Shown here one piece after another: positions 26,801 through 27,438 of a DNA stretch of 27,438 nt; the stretch's first letter is position 1, and each line of letters begins with the position of its first letter. The notes under the pieces were generated by a model. That model was not told the DNA's origin and made no database searches. It worked only from the letters and a program-made list of their open reading frames with translations. The position numbers and the translations under genes are program-made. The DNA comes from Candidatus Poseidoniales archaeon (GTDB lineage: Archaea; Thermoplasmatota; Poseidoniia; Poseidoniales; Poseidoniaceae): positions 1 through 27,438 of the forward strand of contig DUCL01000092.1 of NCBI GenBank assembly GCA_012959845.1, given 5' to 3'.

Positions 26801-27438
26801 CAAGGAAACCATATGAGTACAGGTCGTATGATGAATCACTGTCTGCCCATAGAACATAATTCGCAGGTACAGGTAGTGTATGTGCACCGCCCATTCCATT
26901 GTATCCAGTTGTAGATCCACTTCCATCAGTACTGATGTAAATCAGTAGGTCAGAGTTAGATAGATCCTCGCCGGTCAATCCGAAGTATAGGTTATCGCCT
27001 TCAATATATGTCATAGACATGTCATTGGTACTGTCACCGCTCATTACACCTGGCATTGCATATCCAGATGGGTTCAGAGCGTTTCCACCGTTCCAGTCAC
27101 TGTCGTCACCGTCAACAACCATGTTTTCTGGTTGGAAACTTGTGGACACGTAAGAAGCACGTGTTCCGTCAGTGGACTTGATGAGAAGAGCAACTTCGTT
27201 CGATGGAGTAGCAGTCAAGTGAGTGCTGTCCATTGTGAAGAGGTTTGCTTCATCAATTGTTGCGGTAGAATCAACGATCAACTTAGATGCGTTAAGAGAG
27301 TTACCAATAGAGGTAATGTATGCGTTTGAACCTGCATCAATTTGTGTTGTTGAAGTCCAAGTCATGTTCTCAACTGTTCCTACTGATTCGTCGACCTTCA
27401 ATGCGGTAGTTGCATCAGCAGTACCACCATCCCAACGG
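23889..27438 (-). CDS. Giant cell-surface protein (DOMON/CBM9-like and cadherin/Ig-like domains) with sortase-type TM and C-terminal archaeal type IV pilin domain; 5'-truncated
   Basis: Frame is open past the track start to the window edge (RWDGGTADATTAL..). Contains DGDDSDW, VNDAPV repeats, VPSFAP-TM-GRR and AVSPVIATILMVAITVVLSGVIYVW; stop TGA at 23891-23889. Confidence 0.88.
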   Translation of the reverse strand, partial: RWDGGTADATTALKVDESVGTVENMTWTSTTQIDAGSNAYITSIGNSLNASKLIVDSTATIDEANLFTMDSTHLTATPSNEVALLIKSTDGTRASYVSTSFQPENMVVDGDDSDWNGGNALNPSGYAMPGVMSGDSTNDMSMTYIEGDNLYFGLTGEDLSNSDLLIYISTDGSGSTTGYNGMGGAHTLPVPANYVLWADSDSSYDLYSYGFLGWGPTSLSQDAISVDFSGSFAEISIPFSRMGGTPSQVDIVAIVQGESTADVSTVHPTQTIDSGSTLQTFSEYITVELTHNDLLTGSIADEVLVYRTYKGSSTPSVAKAYDVMIKTSADCAYDWAVTEDLSMATNANLNLDMERACPVIGTSLDDITVNEDSGAYSFSLTNMADDLQDDEATMSWTSAESNLVAHDGILVDWNQNGHQVTITPLDNQFGTMTYSFEVTDSNGLTDSKNITFEVENVNDAPVICNIDEIDCMPLFSEDVSFNNILPEGFGSHTKFLGDVSNATRSYIRDMANEQAPVRQVYTWGASVPSTCIAFTAEVNSLNELVLSENTNNELGGTCTVTLTLSDDGVGDQDAIAFDVDFSVSPVNDAPVIVDWNASMTDDEGRTVSVNPDNGSVNTIPWKLSVMEDDTTAANLTFSLAAMKDDIDHEDSDLTWEIESTDQCVYGNYFAASIVGDDLVLDLVEDATTNGFDWEVDYLNDNGIHQIGPTGSDYCQIRLVLRDTASAPSYVPNYDTALMPIADYSQGVATQEIGIRVERVRELVADYGFSANTGFSFNGVSNIMTGTYVPVTVDVTAGGDEGPYTYDHMLAITYHTDGHSEVEQTRYYAVPAYGTSVAITEDVYITKDTTNVWVEMDVKTCMANPCDVLAPATERFQTDSPASHRSNNQGQQGADWSKPGQYGSNATQTSERRPLLEDSNWCNNMMSSLGTAATCAHANQPSSTFEASGQDLPTVVGTIGAGAVPSFAPSIIAVSLAGVFVSALALSGRRDEDEEALEESIVEDELAVSPVIATILMVAITVVLSGVIYVWASSLAETDVKGVPRVTFSIEDINGGDADQGHWRISVTQSETDLATQAVEVRVFYVDASGSPQTFTANLADTNDVYGFNPANSDAFVTFVDQVNKEGTKSISTFNTGDEVYVRTHAPDGTPLTDVTITMSYAPANAQGALLRSWSGLAYDLKA

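Noticed and set aside
7125-27329. Remaining 60-160-aa track ORFs overlapping the called genes or tRNAs
   Set aside because: Antisense or alternate-frame shadows of well-supported genes, with no recognisable motifs.
27399-27401. TTG 27401 as the start of the 1170-aa ORF
   Set aside because: The frame stays open to the window edge and there is no signal peptide here; the true start lies outside the window.

Overview
Archaeal chromosomal window, most consistent with Marine Group II (Ca. Poseidoniales, Thermoplasmatota). Evidence: PolD DP1, GatD, archaeal RFC and pelota, a BHB-intron tRNA-Met and a Thermoplasmata-style pilin N-terminus; the taxon is inferred, not searched. Housekeeping genes (rfcS, gatD, acyl-CoA carboxyltransferase, aroE-like, fhs, pelota, PncC/CinA-C, DP1, a HAD phosphatase, tRNA-Met and tRNA-Val) are interleaved with three large exported modular proteins. 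(1) A >1540-aa DNRLRE/FnIII-like repeat protein runs off the left edge and is missing from the ORF track. (2) A membrane-anchored alpha/beta-hydrolase-fold protein lacks the catalytic Ser. (3) A >1180-aa surface protein runs off the right edge; its C-terminus is a sortase-type TM anchor fused in frame to a complete archaeal type IV pilin, followed by a highly structured 3' RNA. The anchor-pilin polyprotein is the best candidate for an undescribed system. Also present: a tRNA-Met 3'-end duplication (integration scar), a perfect 16-bp palindrome before the pseudo-hydrolase, an extended NfeD-flotillin operon and recurrent non-canonical TT(C/G)AA promoter boxes. No CRISPR, rRNA or intact mobile element was seen. 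All alignments and folds were done by eye.
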